DNA of 62,871 bases, filler included. It is 4 parts of 4 records of this genome, joined end to end, with 100 filler letters (N's around TTAATTAATTAA, not from the genome) between each part and the next. Parts side by side here need not be neighbours in the genome. Positions count along the whole stretch, not along the records: positions 6,741 to 21,169 come from SRR22947727_3530; 3 more parts are not named here. The stretch is one strand, 5' to 3'. The first letter of the stretch is position 1; every line of letters begins with the position of its first letter. The notes beneath the pieces were generated by a model. It was not told the origin of the DNA and ran no database searches. It saw only the letters and a list, made by a program, of their open reading frames with translations. Made by a program: the position numbers and the translations under genes. Shown piece after piece: positions 9,620 to 19,907 of the stretch.

Positions 9620-11767
9620 TTAGCTAAAAGCCTCGCCCGCCGCGATTTTCTGCGCGACGAGTGCAGGCGGATTGAATCGCTCACCATAGTGGCTCGCTAG
9701 CGCCTCACAGCGATCGCTGAAGGCGGCAAGACCGTAAGTATTGACGAACTGAATCAGGCCACCGGTCCAAGCTGGCGCGCCGATGCCCATAATCGAGCCA
9801 ATATTGCCATCGGCGACGCTGCGCAGTACGCCAGTCTCTAGGCATTTTAAGGCCTCGATAACCTGCCGAAAAAGCAGTCGGTCCTTGATGTCATTCTCTA
9901 CCACTGCAGCATCGGCGTTGTAGTAAAGATCCATCAGACCGGGCCAGATTGTTTTGCTGCCATCCTCTGCGTATTCATAAAACCCACCACCGTGATGACG
10001 ACCGCCGCGACTGTGGTCGCCCACCATGGTGTCGATAACATCACGAGTGATCGTGCCATCACCCCAGTTATCCAACACGCCCATCTCTGACCAGGTTGCC
10101 CACGCCTTTCGAGACAGCTCCAGACTCACTTCGTCGTAAACAGCAAGTGGCCCAACTGGCATACCAATGGCCTTGCCCAGATTATCGATCTGTATTGGGT
10201 GGATGCCTTCAGTCAATAGGCGCACCCCTTCGTCGAGATAGGTACCAAAAGTCCGCGAGGTAAAGAAGCCCAGTGAGTCATTCACCACAATCGGGGTCTT
10301 ACGGATCTGCTTGGTGTAGTCAAAGGCCTTAGCGAGCGCCAGATCGCTGGTGTGCTCACCCATGATGATCTCGACCAGTGGCATTTTGTCGACGGGCGAG
10401 AAGAAATGGATGCCAATGAAATGCTCCGCATTGGCACTGGCTTGCGCCAATTGGCTTATCGGTAACGTTGAGGTATTGGATCCCCACACGCCGCCTTCGG
10501 CCAAACAGGGCTCGAGCTCCTGGGTAATCTCGTGCTTGAGCGCCATATTTTCAAACACCGCCTCGATAATGAGATCGCAGCCCTGCAGATCATTCTTATC
10601 TGCCGTCGGTGTAATCAGCGCCAATATCTGGCTGGCCTTTTCTTCGGACAGTCGGCCGCGGCTAATGCGTTTTTGCAATAAGCCTTCCGTGTAGGCCTTG
10701 CCTTTGTCAGCCGCCTCTTGGGAGACGTCTTTGAGCACGACCTCGATACCCGCCATTGCAGAAACATAAGCGATACCCTGACCCATCATACCAGCGCCGA
10801 GCACACCCACCTTTTTTGTCGTTTGCGGCTCAATATCTTTTGGACGAGAGGCGCCCCCGTTGATCTGATTGAGATTGAAGAAGAACGTGTTGATCATGTT
10901 CTTCGCCACCGGTGTCAGTGCCAACTCGGTTAAACCCCGGCTCTCAATCCGCATCGCGGTCTCAAAGTCGACCCGCATGGCAGACACTGCCACATCCAAA
11001 ATTTTGACCGGCGCAGGCAATAGCCCCCGTGTTTTCTGGGCAATCATGGCGGAAGCGACCGGGAGCATAGGGGCGACTGCGGGATGGTTGGCGTTACCAC
11101 CGGGGATCTTGTAGCCCCTGGTGTCCCAAGGTTGCGTGCAGGCGGCTTCGTTGTCATGATTTTCGGCAATCCACGCTTTAGCGCGCGGCACTAGGTCGTC
11201 GAGACTCTCAACGGCTTCGTGAATAAAGCCCGCTTCCTTGGCTTTAGCGGGCACGATGCGCTTTCCCTCAATGAGGTATTCGTTGGCCGCCATTAATCCC
11301 ATTAAATAAATGGTCTTCACCACACCGCCGCCGCCAGGCAATAATCCCAGCGTGACCTCCGGAAAGCCTAGCTGCACCGATTTGTTGTCCCAAGCGATGC
11401 GATAATGGCAAGATAGCGCCAGCTCAAATCCACCCCCTAGTGCGGCGCCGTTAATGGCCGCCACAACGGGCTTACCCAGTTTTTCCAACCGACGCATGTC
11501 CGCCTTAACCGCCTGCGCCTCGTTGAAAAAAGTTTCCGCTGTTTCCGGTGTCACCTGATTGAGTGAATTGAGGTCACCGCCGGCAAAAAAGGTCCTTTTG
11601 GCCGACGTCAGCACCACACCCGTTAAATCCGATTCGGATTCTAGTTTTTCAATCGTTTCTCTCAACAAGGGTAAGAACGCAGCCGACATTGAGTTCACGG
11701 GCCCTTCCATATCCATCGTGACCGTGACAACGCCATTGACGTCTTTTTCGTAATTAAATCCACTCAT
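9620..11767 (-). CDS. fatty acid oxidation multifunctional protein (enoyl-CoA hydratase/3-hydroxyacyl-CoA dehydrogenase, FadB/FadJ family)
   Basis: FFAGGDL, AAINGAALGGGFELAL, PEVTLGLLPGGGG, GAGMMGQGIA, IIEAVFE, SNTSTLPI, HFFSPV. Confidence 0.95.
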   Translation of the reverse strand: MSGFNYEKDVNGVVTVTMDMEGPVNSMSAAFLPLLRETIEKLESESDLTGVVLTSAKRTFFAGGDLNSLNQVTPETAETFFNEAQAVKADMRRLEKLGKPVVAAINGAALGGGFELALSCHYRIAWDNKSVQLGFPEVTLGLLPGGGGVVKTIYLMGLMAANEYLIEGKRIVPAKAKEAGFIHEAVESLDDLVPRAKAWIAENHDNEAACTQPWDTRGYKIPGGNANHPAVAPMLPVASAMIAQKTRGLLPAPVKILDVAVSAMRVDFETAMRIESRGLTELALTPVAKNMINTFFFNLNQINGGASRPKDIEPQTTKKVGVLGAGMMGQGIAYVSAMAGIEVVLKDVSQEAADKGKAYTEGLLQKRISRGRLSEEKASQILALITPTADKNDLQGCDLIIEAVFENMALKHEITQELEPCLAEGGVWGSNTSTLPISQLAQASANAEHFIGIHFFSPVDKMPLVEIIMGEHTSDLALAKAFDYTKQIRKTPIVVNDSLGFFTSRTFGTYLDEGVRLLTEGIHPIQIDNLGKAIGMPVGPLAVYDEVSLELSRKAWATWSEMGVLDNWGDGTITRDVIDTMVGDHSRGGRHHGGGFYEYAEDGSKTIWPGLMDLYYNADAAVVENDIKDRLLFRQVIEALKCLETGVLRSVADGNIGSIMGIGAPAWTGGLIQFVNTYGLAAFSDRCEALASHYGERFNPPALVAQKIAAGEAFS

Positions 11768-11797
11768 GTTGCTTTTAATCCCTCTGACTGTGCCGTT

Positions 11798-13006
11798 TTA
11801 GACTCGTTCAATGATCGTAGAAATACCCATGCCACCACCCACACAGAGTGACAACATGGCGCGTTTAGCATTACGCCGCTCGAGCTCGTCCAGCACCGTA
11901 CTCACCAAACAACCGCCGGTTGCGCCTAAGGGGTGTCCCATCGCAATAGACCCACCGTTCACATTGGTGGTTTCTATGTTGAGATCTAGATCTTGCATAT
12001 AACGCAGCACCACAGACGCAAAGGCTTCGTTGATCTCCCACAGATCAATGTCTGCTGCCGTCATGCCCGCTTTATCGAGGCATTTCTTGGCGGCCGGACC
12101 GGGTCCGGTCAGCATGATGATGGGATCGGTCGACAGTACCGCGGTTGCCACAATACGACCGCGCGGTTTTAAACCCAGATCCTTACCGGCCTTTTCACTA
12201 CCGACCATCACCGCGCTAGCACCATCAACAATGCCGGATGAATTGCCGGGAGTATGAACATGGTTAATTTTGTCCAACGTGTTGTATTTCGCCAAGATGA
12301 TGTCGTCGAAACCCATACCGCCGGGTACTTCGAAAGACGGTTTAAGGCCCGCTAACCCTTCGACCGTGGTGTTCGGCTTGATAAAATCGTCGCGCTCGAG
12401 AATGGTCACGCCACTGCTGTCTTTTACCGGGACGACAGAACCGTCGAACCAACCATTATCCCGCGCATGCGCGGCACGTTGTTGCGAGAGCACGGCGTAT
12501 TCATCGACATCCGCTCGCGACCATCCCGCCAGCGTGGCGATCGTATCGGCGCCAATACCTTGGGGGACAAAACCTGATTTAACGGCAAATTCAGGGTCGC
12601 TCGCCATCGCACCACCGTTAGATCCCATGGGGACACGAGACATCGACTCGACGCCACCCGCCACCACCAAATCCTCCCAACCTGATGCGATCTTTTGTGC
12701 AGCAATATTCACTGCTTCTAAACCGGAGGCACAGAAGCGATCTAGCTGAACACCGGGGACCGATTCATCCCACTGGGCGTTCTGCACGACCATTTTGGCC
12801 ACATCAGAACCCTGCTCACCGATGGGTGACACGCAGCCCATCACCACATCGTCAACATAGCTGGTGTCTAGGTCGTGCCGGCGCTGCAACTCGACCAACA
12901 AACCCGCCGCCAAATCGATCGGTTTGACCTCATGAAGCGTGCCAGTGGATTTTCCTTTACTGCGAGGCGTACGAACGGCGTCATAGATATAGACGGGATG
13001 GGGCAT
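11798..13006 (-). CDS. acetyl-CoA C-acyltransferase (thiolase)
   Basis: RFCASGLEA (Cys), [20 protein letters not shown] motifs. Confidence 0.96.
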   Translation of the reverse strand: MPHPVYIYDAVRTPRSKGKSTGTLHEVKPIDLAAGLLVELQRRHDLDTSYVDDVVMGCVSPIGEQGSDVAKMVVQNAQWDESVPGVQLDRFCASGLEAVNIAAQKIASGWEDLVVAGGVESMSRVPMGSNGGAMASDPEFAVKSGFVPQGIGADTIATLAGWSRADVDEYAVLSQQRAAHARDNGWFDGSVVPVKDSSGVTILERDDFIKPNTTVEGLAGLKPSFEVPGGMGFDDIILAKYNTLDKINHVHTPGNSSGIVDGASAVMVGSEKAGKDLGLKPRGRIVATAVLSTDPIIMLTGPGPAAKKCLDKAGMTAADIDLWEINEAFASVVLRYMQDLDLNIETTNVNGGSIAMGHPLGATGGCLVSTVLDELERRNAKRAMLSLCVGGGMGISTIIERV

Positions 13007-13286
13007 GATGAGCTACCTGTGATCGTTATTTGAAAAAAAGGGGGCATATGATGCGCGATAGACAGCGGTTATGCCAATACTTTCATGCCCCTTTGATCCT
13101 GTCGGCTAGCTGTAGATTGGCTTATCTGTGCCCTGTATGGATTCATGTCGCCTACAATGGCGGTCCAACGCGACAGCTTTGCCCGCTGCGATTTCCCGTT
13201 ACAATTGGCGCGGCGTCGCCAGCACCACCTGTCGTAACAGGGCGCACCACGTCATGACTTCCACCGCATTGAGATAGACTCGCAGC

Positions 13287-14285
13287 ATGAATTCAACAGA
13301 CCAAAGTATTCTCAGTTGCTTGCTTGAAGCGCTTCAATCCCAGCAAAAACCCTGGTTGATCACGATTACTAAGACCATCGGATCCTCGCCACGGCCTGTG
13401 GGATCACTGGTCGCCTTTAAACCCGATGGTTCGCAAACAGGCAGCGTATCGGGGGGCTGTGTTGAGGAAGACCTCATTGCACGCCTTCTGGCCGGCGAAT
13501 TCGATGGCCCCGAAGTTCATGTCACTGAGTATGGGGTCTCCGCAGAAGACAACGAAAAATGGGGGCTGCCTTGTGGTGGCCGCCTGGAACTTGCCGTGCA
13601 ACAGCTCGATAAAAAAGACGTCGACTGGATCGAACAGGCGCTCGGGGCGGTGATGGCACGGCAGGTTATGGCGAGATCCGTGGATCTCTTAACAGGAGTG
13701 ACTCACCTTGCGCCCAGCGCCCAATTTACAGCACTGCAACAAGATGAGATGAGATTGCAACACTGTTTTGGACCCCGACATCGATTACTCCTAGTGGGTG
13801 CTGGGCAGCTGGCCGCTAGTCTTAGCACCTTGGCCCTAGCGATGGACTACGAAGTCTTACTGGGCGACTCACGCGAATGGGCACTGGATCAATGGCAAGG
13901 CCCTAGCGTGCAAAAAGTATTAGGCTTGCCTGACGATGTCGTCCGTCAGTATGGAGACGACGAACAGTGTGCCATCATTACCCTCAGTCATGACCCGCGG
14001 GTCGACGACATGGCGTTGATGGAAGCACTCGAGACCAGCGCTTGGTATGTCGGAGCATTGGGGTCGGTCCGCACTACCGCAAAACGGCTCGAGCGGTTGC
14101 GCAAGTTGGGGCTCAGTGATGCCGCGCTAAAGCGGCTCCACGCGCCCGTCGGCTTGGCGATCGGCTCTAAAACGGCCATGGAAATCGCGATCGCTATTAT
14201 GGCTCAGTTAACTCAGCTGCGGCGCGGACCTGTCTCAGCAGAAACTGACAACAGATCAGAAGAGAACTCGTTAAATGTTGGATAA
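13287..14285 (+). CDS. XdhC/CoxI family molybdoenzyme maturation factor
   Basis: GSSPRPVGS, GSVSGGCVE, GLPCGG, HDPRVDD, YVGALGS, LHAPVGLAIGSKTAMEIAIAI. Confidence 0.93.
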   Translation: MNSTDQSILSCLLEALQSQQKPWLITITKTIGSSPRPVGSLVAFKPDGSQTGSVSGGCVEEDLIARLLAGEFDGPEVHVTEYGVSAEDNEKWGLPCGGRLELAVQQLDKKDVDWIEQALGAVMARQVMARSVDLLTGVTHLAPSAQFTALQQDEMRLQHCFGPRHRLLLVGAGQLAASLSTLALAMDYEVLLGDSREWALDQWQGPSVQKVLGLPDDVVRQYGDDEQCAIITLSHDPRVDDMALMEALETSAWYVGALGSVRTTAKRLERLRKLGLSDAALKRLHAPVGLAIGSKTAMEIAIAIMAQLTQLRRGPVSAETDNRSEENSLNVG

Positions 14286-15183
14286 GATTGTGACTGACGC
14301 CATTGCAATACTGCAGAACGATTGGGTGGTTTACGCACTGCCAGTGTTCTTGGCAGCGCTTACGCTCGAGTGGTGTATCGCCTGGCGGAAAGCACTGCCG
14401 CTGTATCACCGTCGTGACTTCTTTGCCTCCATGGGCGTCATGGCGCTCACGGTTGTCATTGATGTGCTACCCAAGCTCATGGGTGTGATGCTCATGTTTA
14501 TCTGCTGGGAAGCCTCCCCCTTTAAAGAGATTGTTAACCATGCGCCGCAGTGGTGGCTGCTACTCTTTTTCCTTGATGATCTGACCTATTACAGTTTTCA
14601 CCGCGCTAACCACGAGGTCCGCTTTTTATGGGCAGGTCATGTGCCCCACCATAACTCGCAGTTTTATAACTACGGCACAGCGCTGCGGCAGGGCGTGGGC
14701 GAACGCTGCCTTAAATATCTTTTTTGGTGTCCGTTGGCGCTGCTGGGTTTTGACCCGGTAATGATCGTGACCATGATGAGTGTCAGTCTGATCTATCAAT
14801 TTTGGCTGCACACCGAGACCATCGATCGTATGCCCCACTGGTTCGAATGGTTGTTTAATACCCCGTCACATCACCGTGTGCATCATGGGTCGAATGTGCG
14901 GTATTTAGATCGTAATCACGCAGGTGTCCTCATTATCTGGGACCGTCTCTTTGGAACCTTCAGCGAAGAAACCAAGGAAGAACCGGTGCGCTATGGCCTG
15001 ACCAAAAACATTGATACCTTTCGGCCAACGGCCATCGCCTTCGGCGAGTACGCGACGATACTGAAGGACCTGAAACGAACTCAGCGGTGGCAAGATAGCG
15101 TGCGTTACCTTCTGTTAGCGCCGGGCTGGGACCATGAGGGAGAAGACAAACGCTCCGACACCTTACGAAGAGCGCATACCTGA
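14275..15183 (+). CDS. sterol desaturase/fatty acid hydroxylase family (alkylglycerol monooxygenase-like) membrane di-iron enzyme
   Basis: His boxes YYSFHRANH, HVPHH, FWLH, TPSHHRVHH; NHAGVLIIWDRLFGTF. Confidence 0.92.
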   Translation: MLDKIVTDAIAILQNDWVVYALPVFLAALTLEWCIAWRKALPLYHRRDFFASMGVMALTVVIDVLPKLMGVMLMFICWEASPFKEIVNHAPQWWLLLFFLDDLTYYSFHRANHEVRFLWAGHVPHHNSQFYNYGTALRQGVGERCLKYLFWCPLALLGFDPVMIVTMMSVSLIYQFWLHTETIDRMPHWFEWLFNTPSHHRVHHGSNVRYLDRNHAGVLIIWDRLFGTFSEETKEEPVRYGLTKNIDTFRPTAIAFGEYATILKDLKRTQRWQDSVRYLLLAPGWDHEGEDKRSDTLRRAHT

Positions 15184-15278
15184 ACCCCATGCGCTCTATT
15201 GCGGGTTGGATCGTGTATCGCCGATCCACCGACAATGACACGCCTCTGTCGCAATCCCACACGTCACATCGGAGCACG

Positions 15279-15323
15279 TCACGTCAGAGCTATTCACGTA
15301 AGAGCTATTCACGTAAGAGCACT
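15279..15323. repeat. 15-bp tandem repeat TCACGT(C/A)AGAGCTAT x3 in a convergent intergenic region
   Basis: tcacgtcagagctat tcacgtaagagctat tcacgtaagagcact. Confidence 0.85.
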
Positions 15324-15458
15324 GCGCCCTATAGCAACGCACGCCATAACACCGACAGCAACTAGGGGCATCCGCTGAAAAAGCGCCCTTCGCGGGTCCC
15401 AGTCTGTTGCGTCTTGGCGGGAGTTTAGCCAGTGCAACTTAGGTCTTAACACAGCTTA

Positions 15459-16862
15459 TTAGTTTGCGCGCCAACTGCCATGAAAACCAAACGGTATGCG
15501 GTGGTCCAATCTAGCGGTGGCCACCGGTCCTCCTGACACGGCAGCGGCATCAAGGATGACAAGTGAGGACGCCTGTCTGGTGGCGTCGTAGACGGTCACC
15601 AGCAACCATCCCTCTCCTTCTTTTGCACTCGCATGACGCGGCACAAATACCGGCTCAGAAACGCCATTGCCCACCCCTGCATCCCACACTTGGGTTGCGC
15701 CACTCTCCAGATTCAAATGTGTCACTTCGTGGAACAATCCGCCGTCGCCGCGCTGTCGCTGTGACGCGGTAGCCAGAAAAGCCTGCGTATGCTGCCTCAT
15801 GGCATAGCGATCATCGATGCGCGGAAACTCGCAAGCCAGATCGAGTAATGAACTGCGCTCGATCTCCCCCGTCGCCAGATCAAGTCGCCAACGCGTCAAT
15901 GTGCCCTGCGCCTCAGCAAATCCGGGCAGAGCGCCCTCAGTATCGGGAAAGTTCGGCGCAACCGGAAAGTCGATGGCGTCAAAGGTGATCAGCTCGCCCT
16001 CGTTCCACGCGTTCAAATAGTGAAATACGAAGCAGACCGGCGCCTCAATCCATTGGATCTCACTGACAGGAGCGCCGCGTTTTAACACGCCAATCACCGC
16101 ACCGGCCTCGGGTTCGAAGGCAAAGGGAGAACCCAACTTATCCATTCTCTGAAAATCAAATGTCAGAGGGAAGAGCGGAAACAACACATAATCTCTTGTC
16201 ACCGCAAAGTCATGCACCATCGCGGCAAAAGGCGCCGTAAATGTATCGGAACGCATGACACCACCTTGCTGATCTACCACGTGATAACTCATGCCGGCAC
16301 TACCCAGGGCGTCGGACATGTAACCAAAGCCGTGTAACTCACCCGTGATCGGATCAATCTTTGGATGCGCCGTCATCGGTCCTGATAGCGCACTCGCATA
16401 GTGCCCATACCCCTCAGAGTCGAGGGTCTCAGGCGATAAAGTAAAGGGGTGACTCCCCTCTTCCAGCGCCAGTAACTGATCGGCATGCCAGATAATATGG
16501 GTGTTCGCCAAGCCGTTGCGCCGGTCCGATTGCAGCTGCCCGGTCTCGGGATCAACCACAATACTCATTGGCAGACTCGTTCCGGCCGCTAACTCAGCCT
16601 CAAATTTGGGGGTCCGCACCCAACGATTGAGGTAATCAATTTGGCCTTCGTGCACATGAAAAGCGTGCACCATGCCGGCACCAAAAAACCAATGGTAACC
16701 TTGATCTGGTACAAACTTGGGATTGGGGCCAATGCGGTAAAGCGAACCCGTAAGCCCCTCTGGTACCGCACCCTCAATCACTAAGTCATGACAAACCGCT
16801 TCAAAATTGACCGGCGCATAATTGCCGCGAAGCTGCGGGTGTTTGGGTAAGGGGTTCGCCAT
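15459..16862 (-). CDS. carotenoid oxygenase family protein (lignostilbene dioxygenase/CCD-like)
   Basis: LYRIGPNP, ANTHII, TAHPKIDP, MVHDFAVT, FVFHYLNAW, EFPRID, SEPVFVP, IPFGFHGSW (four Fe-ligand His). Confidence 0.95.
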   Translation of the reverse strand: MANPLPKHPQLRGNYAPVNFEAVCHDLVIEGAVPEGLTGSLYRIGPNPKFVPDQGYHWFFGAGMVHAFHVHEGQIDYLNRWVRTPKFEAELAAGTSLPMSIVVDPETGQLQSDRRNGLANTHIIWHADQLLALEEGSHPFTLSPETLDSEGYGHYASALSGPMTAHPKIDPITGELHGFGYMSDALGSAGMSYHVVDQQGGVMRSDTFTAPFAAMVHDFAVTRDYVLFPLFPLTFDFQRMDKLGSPFAFEPEAGAVIGVLKRGAPVSEIQWIEAPVCFVFHYLNAWNEGELITFDAIDFPVAPNFPDTEGALPGFAEAQGTLTRWRLDLATGEIERSSLLDLACEFPRIDDRYAMRQHTQAFLATASQRQRGDGGLFHEVTHLNLESGATQVWDAGVGNGVSEPVFVPRHASAKEGEGWLLVTVYDATRQASSLVILDAAAVSGGPVATARLDHRIPFGFHGSWRAN

Positions 16863-17007
16863 CGGTGCTAGCTCGTCGTCTCAAGAGGGCTCAAAATTGT
16901 AACGCGAACGTTCGCGGATTACTGGCATCACCGCGTTGTCACTTTTTTAGCCTGACGCGCCCACTTCCCTCGCAGAGCCTTGCCGACTATAGTTTTAGCC
17001 CTGCGCG

Positions 17008-18294
17008 ATGGAAAGGAAAGACCCCCTCATGACCAGCAAGACACAGCCGGCAGTCAACCTATTTGACCTCAAGACACAGCAGTGTCCTTATGACGCTTAT
17101 GAAACACTGAGGAACGAGGCGCCGGTATACCAGTGTCCCGCCACCAAGATGTTTGTCGTTACGCGCTTTGAGGATGTGCGCACTGTACTCACCGATACCC
17201 AGCGATTTACCAGTGAAATCGCTTACCTCTCTGACGCGACCGAACCGAGCCCTAGAGCAAAACGCGTCTGGAGCACGTTCGAGCAGGAAGGCTGGGTCCC
17301 TGCAAAAACGCTGAATGGACGTGACGACCCGGATCATAAGGCACTGCGGGCTGTCTTTAACGACGCTTTCCGACCTAAAAAAATTGAAGCCCTCGATGAA
17401 GAGGTTCGTGACTTAGCCTACCGGCTGATCGACGACTTTATCGAGGAGGGTCATTGCGACTGGGTGAGACAATTCGCCGTTCCCCTGCCGCTCCTCATCA
17501 TCGGCCGGCAAATGGGGGCGAACCCAGATGATATCTGGCGGATCAAAGAGTGGACCGAGGCATTCTTTCAGCGCATTAGCTTAATGCAGTCAGAAGAGGA
17601 GGAGTTGGTCTCAGTGCGCAAAGAGATCGAAGCACAACATTACTTTCAACCGGTTTTTGACAAGCTCAGAGAAAATCCCAACGACTCATTGCTGAGTACC
17701 TTAGTGAATACGGTCATCGAGGATTGGGGGCGGCCACTCAGTGACAATGAACTGCACGCCGAGATGATGGCCGATACCTTTGTCGGGGGTTCTGAAACTA
17801 CAACCAATGCGATTTCTGCTGGCGTAAAGTTGCTGATTGAAAATCCATTGGTGTGGGGGCAACTCAAAAACGACCCCGATCGTTATCTCAAGGTCTTTAT
17901 CGAGGAGGTTTTGCGATTGGAATCACCCGTACAAAGCTTGATGCGCGCCACTGCCACAGAAGTAGAGTTGAGCGGTGTCTGCATCCCTGCGGGCAGTCTC
18001 ATCAACGTGCGCTTCGGCGCGGCTAATCGAGATGAGCGACGTTTTGACAATCCTGAGCAGCTCGACCTAGAGCGCAAACACCCTGGTGGCCATATGGCAT
18101 TTGGCTCTGGCAAACATCATTGTCTGGGTGCGCCACTGGCGCGTCGCGAGCTCCATTGGTCATTTACAGCGTTAATTGATCGGATTGATACCTTGTCATT
18201 TGCCTCAGCGGATAGCGATATCGCCTACCACCCTCACTATTTGTTGCGTGCTATGAAGTCACTGCCCATCTCGTTCACCGCGCGAACACAGTGA
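17008..18294 (+). CDS. cytochrome P450
   Basis: GGSETT I-helix, EEVLR (ExxR), AANRDERRF, FGSGKHHCLG heme-Cys motif. Confidence 0.97.
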   Translation: MERKDPLMTSKTQPAVNLFDLKTQQCPYDAYETLRNEAPVYQCPATKMFVVTRFEDVRTVLTDTQRFTSEIAYLSDATEPSPRAKRVWSTFEQEGWVPAKTLNGRDDPDHKALRAVFNDAFRPKKIEALDEEVRDLAYRLIDDFIEEGHCDWVRQFAVPLPLLIIGRQMGANPDDIWRIKEWTEAFFQRISLMQSEEEELVSVRKEIEAQHYFQPVFDKLRENPNDSLLSTLVNTVIEDWGRPLSDNELHAEMMADTFVGGSETTTNAISAGVKLLIENPLVWGQLKNDPDRYLKVFIEEVLRLESPVQSLMRATATEVELSGVCIPAGSLINVRFGAANRDERRFDNPEQLDLERKHPGGHMAFGSGKHHCLGAPLARRELHWSFTALIDRIDTLSFASADSDIAYHPHYLLRAMKSLPISFTARTQ

Positions 18295-18394
18295 TGCTTT
18301 AAGAAGCATCTTTAATCATCACTGAGTGGCGTGGCGTGGCCTCAGTACCGCGCTCGCTAGCGCGCTAATAGTCGCTCAGAAATCGTTATTGACC

Positions 18395-19903
18395 CTATAA
18401 AACGGATGACGGAAAACGGTACTCGCCATCGATAAGCTGCAAGCTAGCTACATTTTCAGCAATGTATTGCACCTCCTCGGTGGTCAAGGCAAAACGCTCC
18501 GCATATCCGCAGTCATGGTAATAACTGCCGTCTAACACTTTTGCTAGTGAGAGCGATCCTCGCTGGATCATCAACTCGATAGCCGCTGCTTGAATGTACG
18601 CGCCTGCACTTTCCAGTGGCTGATTCATCATCTCACCCTGAAAGTCGCCATAGGCGCTCTCTAATAGCGTTTGTACGTAATCACTGCGCCCTTCAATCTC
18701 CGCCGCCATATAGTTCCCAAAATATTCTGCAGTGCCTTCGGCAAACCATCTAATCGCGTCATAATATTCTTCTGATTTTCCGGTTAAAGCTGCACAGCGC
18801 CCACCGAGGTAATTAGATAGACCGTGATACGCCTCATGCATTACCACCCGTCTGGCGGTGGTTTCAGAGGTGCCCGAGGGCCAGGCGTAAATTGCTGAGC
18901 GAGCGTCAAAGCAAGGGTCTGGCGCGGTGGCGACATCAGCGGCACGCCGAATCCACGTTTCTACACGAGCGCTCAGATCAACAATATTGTCTTTATCTGA
19001 TGGCGTGTCACAACTCACTGTCGACAACCAATCCTGGTAGGTCAATACGACCGCATCCACCTCACTATCAGTCAAAACATGGCGATGTTCAGAGAACGGC
19101 GCACCGTCAAAGACGTCGGGGTCAGGTTCATCATCTAACGGGGCACCGATCGGCCAGATCATCGCAAAAAATTGCTTGGGCGGCTGTGCCATTTTGAGCA
19201 CCGCCGAAGAAATCCAATTGGCGACTGCCTCAGATGTAAAGGCTGATACATAACTGGCTGCGTCAATGACCGCCGTCATCTCGCCCCTCTCGGTAATCGC
19301 AACAATCTCAAAGCCTTGCTCTGCCGTACGCCAATCTAAAAGAACGTCGTAAGTGTCGCCATCGACCTGCGCGTTACCCACCGATATCTCATCAGTACCC
19401 ACACTGCAACTGGTGCCCGTGAGGTCCACAGCATTAGGGTCGCTGATAAAGGCCTGCTTGAACTTCACGACCTCGAAGGTCGCTGCACTTTCTTTCGTCG
19501 TGCCCGCAGTCGTGTGCGCTAGCGCCGCAATAGTATGGGTGCCCGATGACAGCAAGCTATAGGCATAAGCAGATGCAAATCCTGACTGGGCGGCATTGGT
19601 AACCTCAGGAAAGGCGCCCCCCACATCACCACGGGATCCCCCGTAGGGCGCGTCAAATGCGTACTCGCCATCGATAAAGATCTCGACCTTATCAATTCCC
19701 TCTGACGCCACCGCCCAACCCCGGAGGTTACCCACGCCGCCATGGATCTCACCGTTAATGGGCTCTTCCAGCATCAGCCGAAACACGTCTTCTGCGCTGG
19801 CACTGCTCGCGAAACCAACCCAGGCAACACACAGCAAGCTCAATTGCCGCAGCGCCCATCGGAAGTTGAAGGTTATTGCCAAAAGGGTTGTGAGCCTGAG
19901 CAC
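18395..19903 (-). CDS. secreted protein: N-terminal Ig-like domain plus C-terminal putative zinc metallopeptidase (gluzincin-like)
   Basis: Signal peptide (ASA-E); N-domain paralogous to 19908-20609; VMHEAYH followed by WFAEGTAEY. Confidence 0.7.
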   Translation of the reverse strand: MLRLTTLLAITFNFRWALRQLSLLCVAWVGFASSASAEDVFRLMLEEPINGEIHGGVGNLRGWAVASEGIDKVEIFIDGEYAFDAPYGGSRGDVGGAFPEVTNAAQSGFASAYAYSLLSSGTHTIAALAHTTAGTTKESAATFEVVKFKQAFISDPNAVDLTGTSCSVGTDEISVGNAQVDGDTYDVLLDWRTAEQGFEIVAITERGEMTAVIDAASYVSAFTSEAVANWISSAVLKMAQPPKQFFAMIWPIGAPLDDEPDPDVFDGAPFSEHRHVLTDSEVDAVVLTYQDWLSTVSCDTPSDKDNIVDLSARVETWIRRAADVATAPDPCFDARSAIYAWPSGTSETTARRVVMHEAYHGLSNYLGGRCAALTGKSEEYYDAIRWFAEGTAEYFGNYMAAEIEGRSDYVQTLLESAYGDFQGEMMNQPLESAGAYIQAAAIELMIQRGSLSLAKVLDGSYYHDCGYAERFALTTEEVQYIAENVASLQLIDGEYRFPSSVL

Positions 19904-19907
19904 TTAT

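Noticed and set aside
9438..9623. Short ORF with signal-like SSAMAHHGS
   Set aside because: Might be a remnant of a secreted-protein gene, but the rest has no support.
15361..15420. TPP-riboswitch-like start (AGGGG...GCTGAAA)
   Set aside because: Lacks the CTGAGA and ACCTGAT core, and lies between convergent 3' ends.
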